Assembly: GCF_963921235.1 (NCBI RefSeq)
Contig: NC_086108.1
Coordinates: 49,726,001-49,790,000 of the forward strand
Reading direction: 5' to 3'
Source of the DNA: Mobula hypostoma
Taxonomy: Eukaryota
Length of the DNA stretch: 64,000 bases
The position numbers and the translations under genes were made by a program. The notes beneath the pieces were generated by a model that was not told the DNA's origin, made no database searches, and worked only from the letters and a program-made list of their open reading frames with translations. Below are positions 38,075 to 49,492 of the stretch, in pieces (positions within the stretch are counted from its first letter, which is position 1; each line of letters starts with the position of its first letter).

Positions 38075-40961
38075 CAATCTCTCTAATATTAAAGAAGGAT
38101 AAAGATCTTGCTCAATGTGCATCTTATAGACCAATATCTTTATTAAATGTTGATTCTAAATTTTTTTCTAAGTTATTAGCAAACAGATTAGAAAAAGTAC
38201 AAACAACAGGAATTCTGCAGATGCTGGAAATTCAAGCAACATACATCAAAGTTGCTGGTGAACGCAGCAGGCCAAGCAGCATCTATAGGAAGAGGCGCAG
38301 TCGACGTTTCAGGCCGAGACCCTTTGTCAGGACCTTTTGTCTTGACGAAGGGTCTCGGCCTGAAACGTCGACTGCGCCTCTTCCTATAGATGCTGCTTGG
38401 CCTGCTGCGTTCACCAGCAACTTTGATGTATGTTGCTAGCAAAAGTACTTCCTTCTATTATTTCAGAAGACCAAACGGGTTTTGTTAAAGGTCGTTACTC
38501 TTTTTATAATATTCGCACACTGTTAAATATTGTTTATACCCCCTCACAAAATGTTCCTGAGTGTGTTATCTCTTTAGATGCTGAGAAAGCTTTTGATAGA
38601 GTAGAATGGCCTTACTTATTTAAGGTGCTTGAAATGTTTAATTTTAGCTCGAAATTTATATCCTGGATCAAACTGTTATATCATTCTCCTGTGGCCTCGG
38701 TCCGTACTAACTCTCTAAGCTCACCCTTTTTCCCTCTTTTTCGAGGTACTCGACAAGGTTGTCCTCTTAGTCCTTTATTATTTGATATTGCATTAGAACC
38801 TCTTGCAATTGCCATTCGAGAATCTCCAAATATTACTGGGATAACTCGGGGCTTAAAGTCCCATAAAATATCACTCTATGCTGATGACTTACTTTTATAT
38901 ATTCCTAATCCTCAAAAATCCATCCCTGCTGTTTTAGAGTTATTAGCACCATTTAGTCTCTTTTCAGGGTATAAATTAAATCTTAGTAAGAGTGAAATTT
39001 TCCCGATTAATAAACAACTTCCCTTATATCATAACTTCCTGTTTAAATTGATTAATAATTATTTTTCATATCTTGGGATTAAAATTACTTGTAAATACAA
39101 AGATTTATTTAAGATTAACTTTTTACCCTTAATTGACCATATTATTCAACTTTCATCTAAATAGTTTCCTTTATATTTAACTTTGATTGGTCGTATTAAT
39201 GCGGTTAAGATGTTTTTTCTGCCAAAATTTCTATATATATTTCAGGCATTACCGATTTTTGTTCCAAAATCTTTTTTTGATAAAGTTGACTCAAAAATTT
39301 CTTCATTTATTTGGCAAAATAAAAACCCGAGACTGGGTAAAATACATTTACAGAAAGCTAAGAGAGATGGAGGTTTAGCATTACCTAACTTTAGATCCTA
39401 TTATTGGACAATTAATATTCGACATATGAAATTTTGGTTACTTGACCAGGATATACTATCCATTCCTAAATGGGTAGCATTGGAATTACAATCTGTTCAG
39501 GGCTATACACTTGGCTCTATTTTAGGTTCCTCTCTTCCTTTTGATTTGAAACGCTTCAAACAGATATCTAACCCGATAGTTAAATATACCTTACGTATTT
39601 GGTTTCAATTCAGAAGATTTTTTGATCTTAACCAATTTGGGCTAGCGATTCCTATTTTAGGTAACATATTTCTTCATCCCTCTTTTACGGATCGTGCTTT
39701 TCAAATTTGGAAGACTAAGGGTATTTCACGGTTTTTGGATTTATTTTTAGATGGTTCCCTTATGTCTTTTGAACAATTATCTAATAAATATAATTTATCA
39801 AGAATAAATTTTTTTAGATATCTACAAGTTAGAAATTTCCTAAGTACTGTACTTTCTTCTTTTCCAATGCTTCCTCCTACATACATTTTAGATACTATAA
39901 TCAACCTTAATCCATGTCAGAAAGGTGTATCGGCTATGATTTCTAATATTATTATGAAACTTAGGAAAGCTCCATTTGATAAGATTAGGGTAGATTGGGA
40001 ACAGGAATTGGGGCCTATCATTTCCGTGGATGACTGGGGGCAGATTTTACAATTAGTCAATACTTCCTCTATCTGTGCTAAACATTCCCTAATTCAATTT
40101 AAAGTTGTTCATAGAGCACATATGTCCAAAGATAAATTAGCTCGCTTTTATTCTCATATTAATCCTTTTTGTGATAGATGTCTGGGGCAGATAGCCTCTT
40201 TAACTCATATGTTTTGGTCTTGTCCTACTCTGGAAACATTTTGGAGAGACATTTTTAATATTATCTCAAAGGTATTGAATATAGATATCTCTCCTCATCC
40301 TATTACTGCTATCTTTGGACTACCTAAAATTTCCAGTAATCTTTCTCCTTCAGCCCGTAGAATGATTGCATTTCTTACTTTAATGGCGAAAAGATGTATC
40401 TTACAACATTGGAAAGAGCTTAATGCTCCAACCACCTTTTTTTGGTTTTCTCAGACGATATTATACTTGAATTTGGAGAAAATTAGAAGCAATCTTTATG
40501 ATTCCTCACTTAAATTTGAACAGACCTGGAGATCTTTTATTCAATATTTTCATTTAATGTAATTTTTTTTCTTCTCTTTTTTGCTCCATATTTATATACT
40601 CTTCCTGTTTTTTTTTTCTGTTTTTAATGAGGTCGGGTTTGAGGACGTAATTTTAAGTTCTTTAACTCTACTTGTTTCTAAGTTAGCCCATTGCTTTGCT
40701 TTGCTTTCAGTTAGTTGCACGGTGGATTTTTTGGGGGGTTTTTTTTTCCTTTTCTCTATTGGTATATATATATATATATATATAAAATTAGTATACTATT
40801 ATGTTACCTTAGTATGTTATGTTTAAATTACATTGTTTGTATCACTTTTTTTTCTGTATTAATATCTCCTGTAATTTTATTATATTCTAACAGTGTATTA
40901 GTGCCTATATGGCTTAGCTTTTTGTATACTTATTCAATAAAAAGATTTAAAAAGAAAGAAA
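38075..40961 (+). mobile_element. 5'-truncated L1-clade LINE (ORF2 RT, C-terminal Cys domain, 3' UTR)
   Basis: YRPISLLNVDSK, DQTGFVKGR, SLDAEKAFDRVEW, RGTRQGCPLSPLLF, LYADDLLL and CDRC..LTHMFWSCP; one in-frame stop at 39162-39164; AATAAA and A-rich (AAAG)n tail at 40935-40961. Confidence 0.92.
38201..38436. mobile_element. Penelope-derived fold-back insertion inside L1 ORF2
   Basis: ~98-bp near-perfect inverted arms (38236-38333, 38339-38436) with a 5-nt spacer; flanks TAGAAAAAGTAC / TAGCAAAAGTAC (12 bp, 1 mismatch). Confidence 0.9.
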
Positions 40962-41678
40962 GTCTATTTCAGTATACAATACCCAATCCAGAATAGCCTT
41001 TCCCCTAGTGGATTCAACCACAAGCTGCTCAAAAAGTCACCTCGTTTGTATTCTACAAATACTCTTTCTTGGGAATCAGTACAAACCTGACTTTTGCAAA
41101 TTACCCGCATATTGAAATCCCCCATGACTATTGTATTAGGAGGCGGAGTTTAGGAGGAATAATGGTGCCTACGGCGACTCCTTTGCTTGCATCTTCGGAA
41201 TCAGCTCTATTTTTACCTCTAATATCTTTATTTTTCCCTTTCAGCGTTCTTTTGAAGACCCTGACCTGGAGTTACATGCAGGCTTCAGTTCTTAGCAGGA
41301 ATAGGACCCATTCTCGGGGTTGCATGACTGGCTGTTATTCAACATGCCAAGGGTTTTGGATTGGGACAAAAGAGCAGTGTGGGAGCTGAATTCTGAAGGA
41401 AGGCAGTTTTTTAAAAAAAACCTCGAGTGCAAGAAAGACGAGACTGCGCAGGCGCGTGACGTAACAGGACAGCGCAGAGAGTTTTAAAAAGGAAGGTTAC
41501 TTCCAACAGCTTTCTTAGCTTCCGAGTCGATTTGGACTTTGATCTTCGGTGGCTGAGTTGGCTCGACTGGAAGCTGGCTGTGTTTTGCTTGATGCGTGAA
41601 TGTGGTTTGGAACCTGTTGAGGGAAAGAGAGTGGGGAAGGAACGGAAATTGCTGGGAGGGGGTTGTGTGGGTCCGGTA

Positions 41679-42909
41679 ATGGTGGACAAGATAAGAGGCG
41701 GGGTTGAGGGAAAGAAAGTGGAGAAGGAGAGGGATAGAGGCTTGGGACCAGAGGTGGGCAGCTGGGGAGAGGTGGATTATTGTGAAGGGAGAAATAAAGG
41801 GAATGAGGAGGTAATAAGGGGTCGGATGAATAAAAACCAAGACAAAGGGAATAAAAGAATAAGAAATGATAGTGGAGAAAGCTCTGAAAGTGAGGAAGAT
41901 GAACAAGCTCAGAGAGGAGGTGTTGTCATAATTAGGTTTAATGAGAAGGCTCAGGGACATATGAAGAAAATTAACCCGTTTGTGCTAACAACAATTCTGA
42001 CAAATAAGATAGGGGAAATAGTATTTGCAAAAGTCCTTAATGATGGCAACTTATTGGTAAGATGTGCGAATGAGGAACAACTTGAGAAAGCACTCAAGCT
42101 AAAAGAGATAGGAAAATGCAAGGTGGAATACACTGGGAGGGTGGGAGCACAAAACAGTGGATGTAAAGGAGTGATCACGGGGATACCAATGAGTATAAAT
42201 ATGGAGGAGATAAAGAGGAATATCAAAGGAGGGAAAGTAATGAATGTTCAAAGACTGAAAACAACAAAGGAGGGAGTGAAAAAGGAAAGAATCTGTATTG
42301 ATTGAATTTGAAGAAGAAAGAGTGCCAAGGAAGGTGTTCCTGGGTTTCATGAGTTACCCAGTAAGGGTATATGTGCCAAAGCCATTGAGGTGCTATAATT
42401 GTCAAAGGTTTGGACACGTGGCTAAAAACTGTAAAAGGCAGAGGAGATGTGCTAGATGTGGGGGTGATCATGAATATGGAAAGTGCGGAACAGGAGTTCA
42501 ACCAAAATGCTGCAATTGTGGAGGAGCTCATAATGTTGCATATAGTGGGTGTGAGGTTGTGAGACGGGAGACTAAAATTCAAGAAATAAGAGTGAAAAGA
42601 AAGATCACTTATGCAGAAGCTGTAAGAATGTCAAGAGAACAGAATAATGCTCCTAATAAACAGGGAGTAATAGGGATATGAGAGATGCAACAAAGAACAA
42701 ATGACAGGATTTATGTAGACAAAAAGGCTCTAGTAACATTCATTGCAGGAGTGATTAATAGTATGGCTGAGGTAAAGTCAAAAAGTGACAAAATTCAGCT
42801 GGTGGTAAAAGCAGCAGTAAACCATTTAGGGTTAGTAGGACTGACATGGGAGGAAGTGAGGGAGAACCTCAGTAATCAGTCAAGCCAGGAAGTGTCATGT
42901 GTTGGTTAA
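41679..42909 (+). pseudogene. Nimb-like ORF1 (gag-like, three CCHC zinc knuckles), disrupted
   Basis: PLRCYNCQRFGHVAKNC, RCARCGGDHEYGKC and KCCNCGGAHNVAYSGC; frameshift near 42295 and stop at 42679. Start codon uncertain. Confidence 0.88.
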
Positions 42910-42917
42910 TACTAATT

Positions 42918-45900
42918 ATGGTGATTCTTTTACAATGGAATGCAAGGAGCTTACTGGCCAATAGCCAGGAATTCAAGCACTTTGTTAAAGAAATGGTTGT
43001 AAAACCGGATGTAGTGTGTATTCAGGAAACTTGGTTGAAACCAACTTTAGACTTTGTGGTATATGGGTATACAATGATAAGGAAAGATAGAAATCTAGGG
43101 GGAGGAGGGGGTTGTGCTATGTTAATCAAGCAAGGTATACCATATAGGGTACTGGAAAAAGGAGATGATCAGGAATACATAGTGGTGGAAGTGTGGGAGA
43201 GAGGGGAGGGAGTGGATATAATTAACTACTACAATCCATGTAAAAGGTTGGATTTGGACAGCCTATTAAAGATACAAGGACAAAACAGACATAAAGTAGT
43301 GGGGTGTGCAGATTTCAATGCTCATAGCACAATATGGGGGGATCAGATTACAGATCCAAATGGAAAGGTAATTGAAGATTTGATGGAAGAAAGGGATTTG
43401 GTGTGTATGAATGATGGTAGCGGCACAAGGATAGATATAACAACAGGAACTGAGTCAGTGTTAGATATTACGTTAGTGTCTAATACCTTGGCTGGCATTA
43501 GTAACTGGGGAGTTTGGACTGCTTCAACAGTAGGCAGTGATCACTACCCAGTTTTGTGTTCAGTGGGTGAAAGAGTTGAAGTAAGACCAGGTGGTGGAAC
43601 CCCAAAGTGGGTGTTTGAAAAAACTGATTGGGGTAAGTTCCAGAAGTTGAGTGAAGAAGGGTTGACAAAGATTGATATTTCTTGAAATGTAGATGAATTA
43701 AACAGTCAGGTGATTTCAGCAATTATCATGGCAGCAGAAGGATCTATACCTAGGAGTAAAAATAGGATGAATAGAAAACTAGTACCATGGTGGACAGAGG
43801 AATGTTGTCAGGCTGTAAAAAACAGAAATAGAGCATTCAGGCTAGTTAAAAGAACCCATAATATGCAGCATTTGGTTCAATATAAGAAAGCACAGGCAGT
43901 GGTGAGAAGAACTATACGTCAAGCTAAAAGGGCAAGTTGAAGGAGTTTTTGCAACAAGGTAGGAAGAACAACACCTGTGGGAGAGATATGGGGAATAATT
44001 AAGAGGATGGGAGGAGATAGAAGGGAATGGGAATATCCAGTAATGATATCTGAGGAGGAAACTGCAGTCTACAGTAGGGATAAGGCTGAGGTCATGGCCA
44101 AGTCATTTGTTCTGATACACAGTTCAGAAAATTTGTCTGAAGAAGGGAGAAGAAGAAGGGAAAGAATAATGAGCCAACACCCAGGTGTGTTAAGCAGGAG
44201 GGAAGGAACAGATGATATAATTGATGATCCATTTACATTAGCAGAAATGGTGAGAGCAATAAAGAGATCGAGACCAACCTCCCCAGGGAAAGATCTGATA
44301 TGCTCTGTGGTGCTAAAAAATCTAGGAGAAGGAGCGCTCTTGAAGTTGCTGCATTTTTATAACAGAGTGTGGGAGGAGGGAAGATTACCAAGTGCATGGA
44401 AAGAAGCAGTAGTAATTCCAATAAGGAAGCCTGGCAAGGATCTGTCAAAACCCACTAGCTACAGACCAATTGCATTAACATCAAGTATATGTAAGATAAT
44501 GGAAAGGATGATAACAGAAAGGTTATCATATGAGCTTGAGAAAAGGGGAATGCTGGCAAGTTATCAGAGTGGTTTTAGAAAGGGAAGGAATTCCATGGAC
44601 TCAGTGATTATGTTAAGAGACTGAAATAAGGAAGGCCCAGGCAAATAGAGAGTCAGTAGTGGCAGTGGTCTTTGACATTGAAAAAGCCTATGATATGATG
44701 TGGAAGGAAGGATTATTAATTAAAGTGCACAAGATGGGGGTTGGTGGGAGAGTTTTTAATTGGATTAAAGATTTTTTGTTTGGTAGAAAAATTCAAGTTC
44801 GGATTGGATCAGAATTATCAAAACAGTACATAGTGGAAAATGGCACACCTCAAGGTAGTGTGATTAGCCTGTTACTTTTCATCATTATGATCCATGATGT
44901 CTTCACAAAGGTACCAGTGGATATAGGTAGGTCACTGTTTGTGGAAAAGGGGCAGGAACATGGACCATATAATCAGGAAACTACAAGAAGCAATTGATGA
45001 AGTGGTGGAGTGGGGTTATGGTTGGGGATGTAGATTTTCAGTAGATAAAACTCAAACTGTATTTTTTACCAGGAAAAGGGTTGAGGTAGGGAAGAAGTTA
45101 AGAATGTATGGGGTTGAATTAGAAAGGGTTGCATCATTTAAATTTCTGGGAGTTATATTTGATTCACGATTAACATGGGCAGACCATATCAGGAAAGTTG
45201 AGGAGAAATGTAAAAAAGTAATAAATGTGATGAGATGTTTGATTGGTAGAGAATGGGGAGCAAGTTGTTCAGCTTTGAAGAGAATGTATGTGGCTTTAGT
45301 GAGATCTGTATTGGATTATGGAAATATAGTATATGGATCAGCAGCTAGGTCTCTTATAAGGAAACTGGATGTGATTCAGGCTCAGGCCTTGAGAGTGTGC
45401 AGTGGGGCTTTTAAAATGTCACCAGTGTCAGCCCTACAGGTAGAAATGGGAATAATGCCTTTGGAATTAAGAAGGATGCAACTGATGGCAAACTACCGGG
45501 CTAACTTGCAGGGGCACAATGATTCTCACCCTACTAAAGGAGTGTTGCAGGAGCGCTGGGAAAATGGGAGGTTTCAGAGGGATAACTTTAGTCGGGTAGG
45601 GAATGATATTGCTAAAGAATGTGGAGTATTTGATCTGAGGATAAGTCCTTCAGTAGTTTATCCGGTTGTAGCTCCATGGAAGCTTGTGTGGCCTGACATA
45701 GACTGGCATTTGTTAGAGGTAAAAAGGAAAGAAAGATATAAAACAGATTTGGTAAATGCATTTAACTGTCATGTGATGGAAAAGTATAGTGATTACACTC
45801 ACATTTATACGGATGGTGTGAAGGAACCTGAAACAGGAGTGACAGGGTTTGGGGTGGTAATACCAGCAAAAGAAATTGGAATCAGCAGAAGAACATCTAA

Positions 45901-46661
45901 TAAGTTAGGGGTGTTTACAGTGGAGATGCTGGCAGTGTTGGTTGCGTTGCAATGGGTGCAGAAAGCCAGACAAGCCAAAGCATTGATATGTTCAGATTCA
46001 TCCTCAGTTCTAGCAAGTTTAAGGTCTTTTCACACAAACAGTCGGCAAGATGTACTTTATGAAGTCCTTCAGTTAGTTACAAGAATTGCAAATCAGGGAG
46101 GTCAGGTAAAATTTCTATGGGTTCCAGCACATGTAGGGGTGAAGGGGAATGAGAGGGTGGATGAGTTGGCAAAGAGGGTGTTAAAGAAAGAAAATGTGGA
46201 AATGCACATTAGTATCAGTAAAGTAGAGGTTAAGTGTGTAATCTGGGAAAAAGTCAACCAAATGTGGCAAGAAAGATGGGACAGGGAGGGGAAAGGGAGG
46301 CATTTATATCAAATACAAAAGAGTGTTGCAGTTACTAGGGTAGGTAATGGAAACAGAAGAGAGGAAATTGTGTGGACTAGGTTAAGGCTGGGGCATTGTG
46401 CATTAAATAAATAAAACATTGAAAATGATAGGGAAACGCCAGACAGGATTGTGTGAGGAATGTCAGGAAGAAGAGTCAGTAGAACATGTAGTTCTGAATT
46501 GCAGGCAGTATGGGATACAGAGAGAGAGGATGAGAAATAAATTAAGGGAGTTGGGGATGCAAGAATTCACATTAAAAGGGTTGCTGGGCATGCGTGAGAG
46601 AGCACAAGTCCGGGTATTTTTAGCGTTTTTACAAGGGTTTTTTATAGAATATGACGAATAA
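42918..46661 (+). pseudogene. Nimb-like ORF2 (APE endonuclease, RT, RNase H, Cys motif), disrupted
   Basis: ILLQWNARSL, CIQETWL, DFNAH, GSDHYP; YRPIALTS, DIEKAYD, GTPQGSVIS; IYTDG, ICSDS, WVPAHVGVKGNERVDELAK; CEEC..EHVVLNC; several stops and frameshifts. Confidence 0.9.
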
Positions 46662-46712
46662 ACAGGAATAGGATACTAGGATGGTCAAAGATGGGAGGGT
46701 GAAGTGTAGGTT

Positions 46713-46714
46713 TG

Positions 46715-46746
<32 letters not shown>

Positions 46747-46764
46747 CGCGCACGCGCGCGTGCG
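46713..46764. repeat. Compound (TA)n(TG)n(CG)n alternating purine-pyrimidine tract
   Basis: Directly visible in the Nimb-like 3' UTR. Confidence 0.9.
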
Positions 46765-47673
46765 ATTGAGTGCAAGGATTTAGAATGTATGTCTAGTGCA
46801 CATTCTGGAGCAGAGGGTGGCGGTAATGCACCATTAAGCTGGATGCCAACCGCCGTAAAAACAAGATACAGACAGACAGAACAGCTTTCTTTTGGATCGG
46901 GACAACAGAGCGGTGTGGGAGCTGAATTCTGAAGGAAAGCAGTTTTTTTAAAAAACTTCCAGTGCAATAGGGACAAGACTGCGCAGGCACGTGACGTAAC
47001 AGGACAGCGCGGAGAGTTTAAAAAGGAGACCACCCGATACAGCGGGCAGCTGTCGGAGCGGGCAGTGGAGTGAGTGGTAGCAGAGTGTAGGGTTTTGGCT
47101 TTAACGGGCTTCGGCAGTAAACAGGAAGAGGTGAGAACAAAGCACCAACTCTTTTTTTTTCTTCCCCCACCTTCGCGAATCGGCCCAGACAGACAGGATC
47201 AGCAGGGCTCTCACAGATAACAGTACGAGCTAACGGTTAAAAAGTTTGTGTGCTTGGCGAGGTAAGTGGGTGAGTAGACTTATTTTTCCTGTTTCATTCC
47301 TGTAGAATTAGATAGCATACCTGCAGGGTTAGTGCTTTGTTCAGGGTGTCAGATGTGGGAATCCTGGAAAACCTCCAGCCTCCCTGATGGCCACATCTGC
47401 GCCAGGTGCACCGAGATGCAGCTCCTCAGAGACCGTGTTAGGGATCTGGAGCTGCAGCTTGATGACCTACTGCTTATCAGGGAAAGTGAAGAGGTGATAG
47501 ACAGGAGCTACAGGGAGGTAGTCATCCCTAGGCTACAGGGGTCAGAAAACTGGGTCAGGAGAGGGAAGGAAAATGCCAGGATAGTGGAGAGCACACCTGT
47601 GGCTGTCCCCCTCAGCAACAAATATCTTGTTCTGGATGCTGTTGAGGGGGATGACCTGACAGGGGACAGCTAT

Positions 47674-47896
47674 CAACAGGAATTCTGCAGATGTTGGAAA
47701 TTCATGCAACACACATCAAAGTTGCTGGTGAATACAGCAGGCCAGGCAGCTTCTCTAGGAAGAGGTACAGTCGACGTTTCAGGCCGAGACCCTTCATCAG
47801 GACGAAGGGTCTCGGCCTGAAACGTTAACTGTACCTCTTCTTAGAGATGCTGCCTGGCCTGCTGCGTTCACCAGCAACTTTGATGTGTGTTGCTTG
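47674..47896. mobile_element. Penelope-derived fold-back insertion inside CR1 ORF1
   Basis: Inverted arms meeting at ~47800; exact 13-bp TSD AGGGGACAGCTAT (47661-47673, 47897-47909). Confidence 0.92.
47769..47803 (-). ncRNA. Minimal type I hammerhead ribozyme motif
   Basis: Minus: GUC CUGAUGA A GGGU-CUCG-GCCU GAAA CG UC GAC(U). Confidence 0.72.
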
Positions 47897-49492
47897 AGGG
47901 GACAGCTATGGTGACCGGGTCTCTGGCACTGAGCCTGGCGCTGTTGTGCAGGAGGGAAGGAGGGAGAAGAAGAATGCGGTAGTCATAGGGGATTCCATAG
48001 TCAGGGGAACGGACAGGAGATTCTGTGAGCCTGATAGAGATACCCGTATGGTGTGTTGCCTCCCAGGTGCCAGGGTACGGGATGTCACGGATCGGGTCCT
48101 GAATATTCTAAAGGGGGAGGGTGAGCAGCCAGTTGTCTTGGTACATGTTGGTACCAATGACATAGATAGGACAAAGGAGGAGGTCCTGAAGAGAGATTTC
48201 CAGGAATTAGGAAGGAAGCTGAGAAGCAGGACCTCCAGGGTAGTAATCTCGGGATTGCTACCTGTGCCACATGCTAGTGAGGGCAAGAATAGTCAGATCA
48301 GGCAGATGAATGCGTGGCTGAGAGACTGGTGCAGGGGGCAGGGCTTCAGATTCTTGGATCATTGGGATCTCTTCTGGGGGAAGTATGACCTGTTCAAAAT
48401 GGACAGGTTACACCCGAACCCGAAGGGGACCAATATCCTTGCGGGAAGGTTTAATAGAGCTGTTAGGGAGGGTTTAAACTCATTTGGCAGGGGGATGGGA
48501 ACCGGAATGATAGAGAGGAGGAAGGGGCAAACAGAAATAAATCTAAGATAGTGAGCAGTAAAGATGTCAGGAAAGACAGGCAGGTGTTGGGGCAAATTTG
48601 TAGCCATTGGGATGAGTTGCAGTGCAATAAAGTTGCAGTGAAATCAAAGCGAAAAGTACCAAATACTGGTCGTAAGGTGTTATACTTAAATGCATGCAGC
48701 ATAAGGAGTAAGGCGGATGATTTTGTCGTACAGCTACAGATTGGCAGGTATGATATTGTGGCCATCACTGAGACGTGGCTAAAGGATGCATGTCTCTGGG
48801 AGCTGAACGTCCAAGGATACACGGTGTATCGGAAGGATAGGAAGGTACCAGAGGGGGAGGCGTGGCTTTATTGGTAAGAAATGATATTAAATCATTAGAA
48901 AGAGGTGATATAGGATCGGAAGGTGCAGAATCTTTATGGGTTAAGCTAAGAAATCGCAGGGGTAAAAGGACCCTGATGGCAGTTATTTATAGGCCTCCAA
49001 ACAGCTGCAGTGATGTGGACTACAAATTACAACAGGAATTAGAAAAGGCTTGTCAGAAGGGCAGTGTTATGATAATTGTGGGGGATTTTAACATGCGAGT
49101 GAATTGGGAAAATCAGGTCGGCACTGGATCTCAAGAAAGAGAATTTGTAGAATGTCTGCGAGATGGGTTTTTAGAACAGCTTGTTGTTGAGCTAACTAGG
49201 GGATCGGCTGCACTGGATTGGGTATTGTGTAATGAACTGGAGGTGATTAGAGAGATTGAGGTGAAGGAACCCTCAGGAGGCAGTGATCATAACATGATTG
49301 AGTTCACTATGAAATTTGAAAAAGAGAAGCCGAAATCTGATGTGTCGGTATTTCAGTGGAGTAAAGGAAACTACAGTGGCATGAGAGAGGAACTGGCCAA
49401 AGTTGACTGGAAAAGGACACTGGCGGGAAGGACGGCAGAGCAGCAGTGGCTGGAGTTTATGCGAGAAGTGAGGAAGGTGCAAGACAGGTATA

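Larger units (their letters stand above)
41517..46879 (+). mobile_element. Full-length I-group (Nimb-like) LINE with RNase H
   Basis: Exact 12-bp TSD AACAGCTTTCTT (41505-41516, 46880-46891); CCHC ORF1; APE-RT-RNase H ORF2; 3' stem-loop GGCGGT..ACCGCC and (ACAG)n tail. Confidence 0.92.
47317..48551 (+). pseudogene. CR1 ORF1: Zn finger/leucine zipper plus SGNH esterase domain, interrupted by a fold-back insert
   Basis: CSGCQMW..HICARC..LRDRVRDLELQLDDL; VIGDSIVRG, CLPGARV, VHVGTND and DRLHPN. The start codon appears mutated to ATA relative to the copies at 57579 and 59039. Confidence 0.88.

Noticed and set aside
41353..47030. Direct repeats flanking a gag-like plus RT/RNase H element, suggesting an LTR retrotransposon
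   Set aside because: The inner element has an APE endonuclease, no integrase or protease, its own 12-bp TSD and a simple-repeat tail. The repeats belong to the CR1 5' end it inserted into.
47946..48551. Horizontally acquired bacterial GDSL lipase
   Set aside because: It is the C-terminal part of CR1 ORF1, in the expected position before ORF2, and is repeated in two other CR1 copies.
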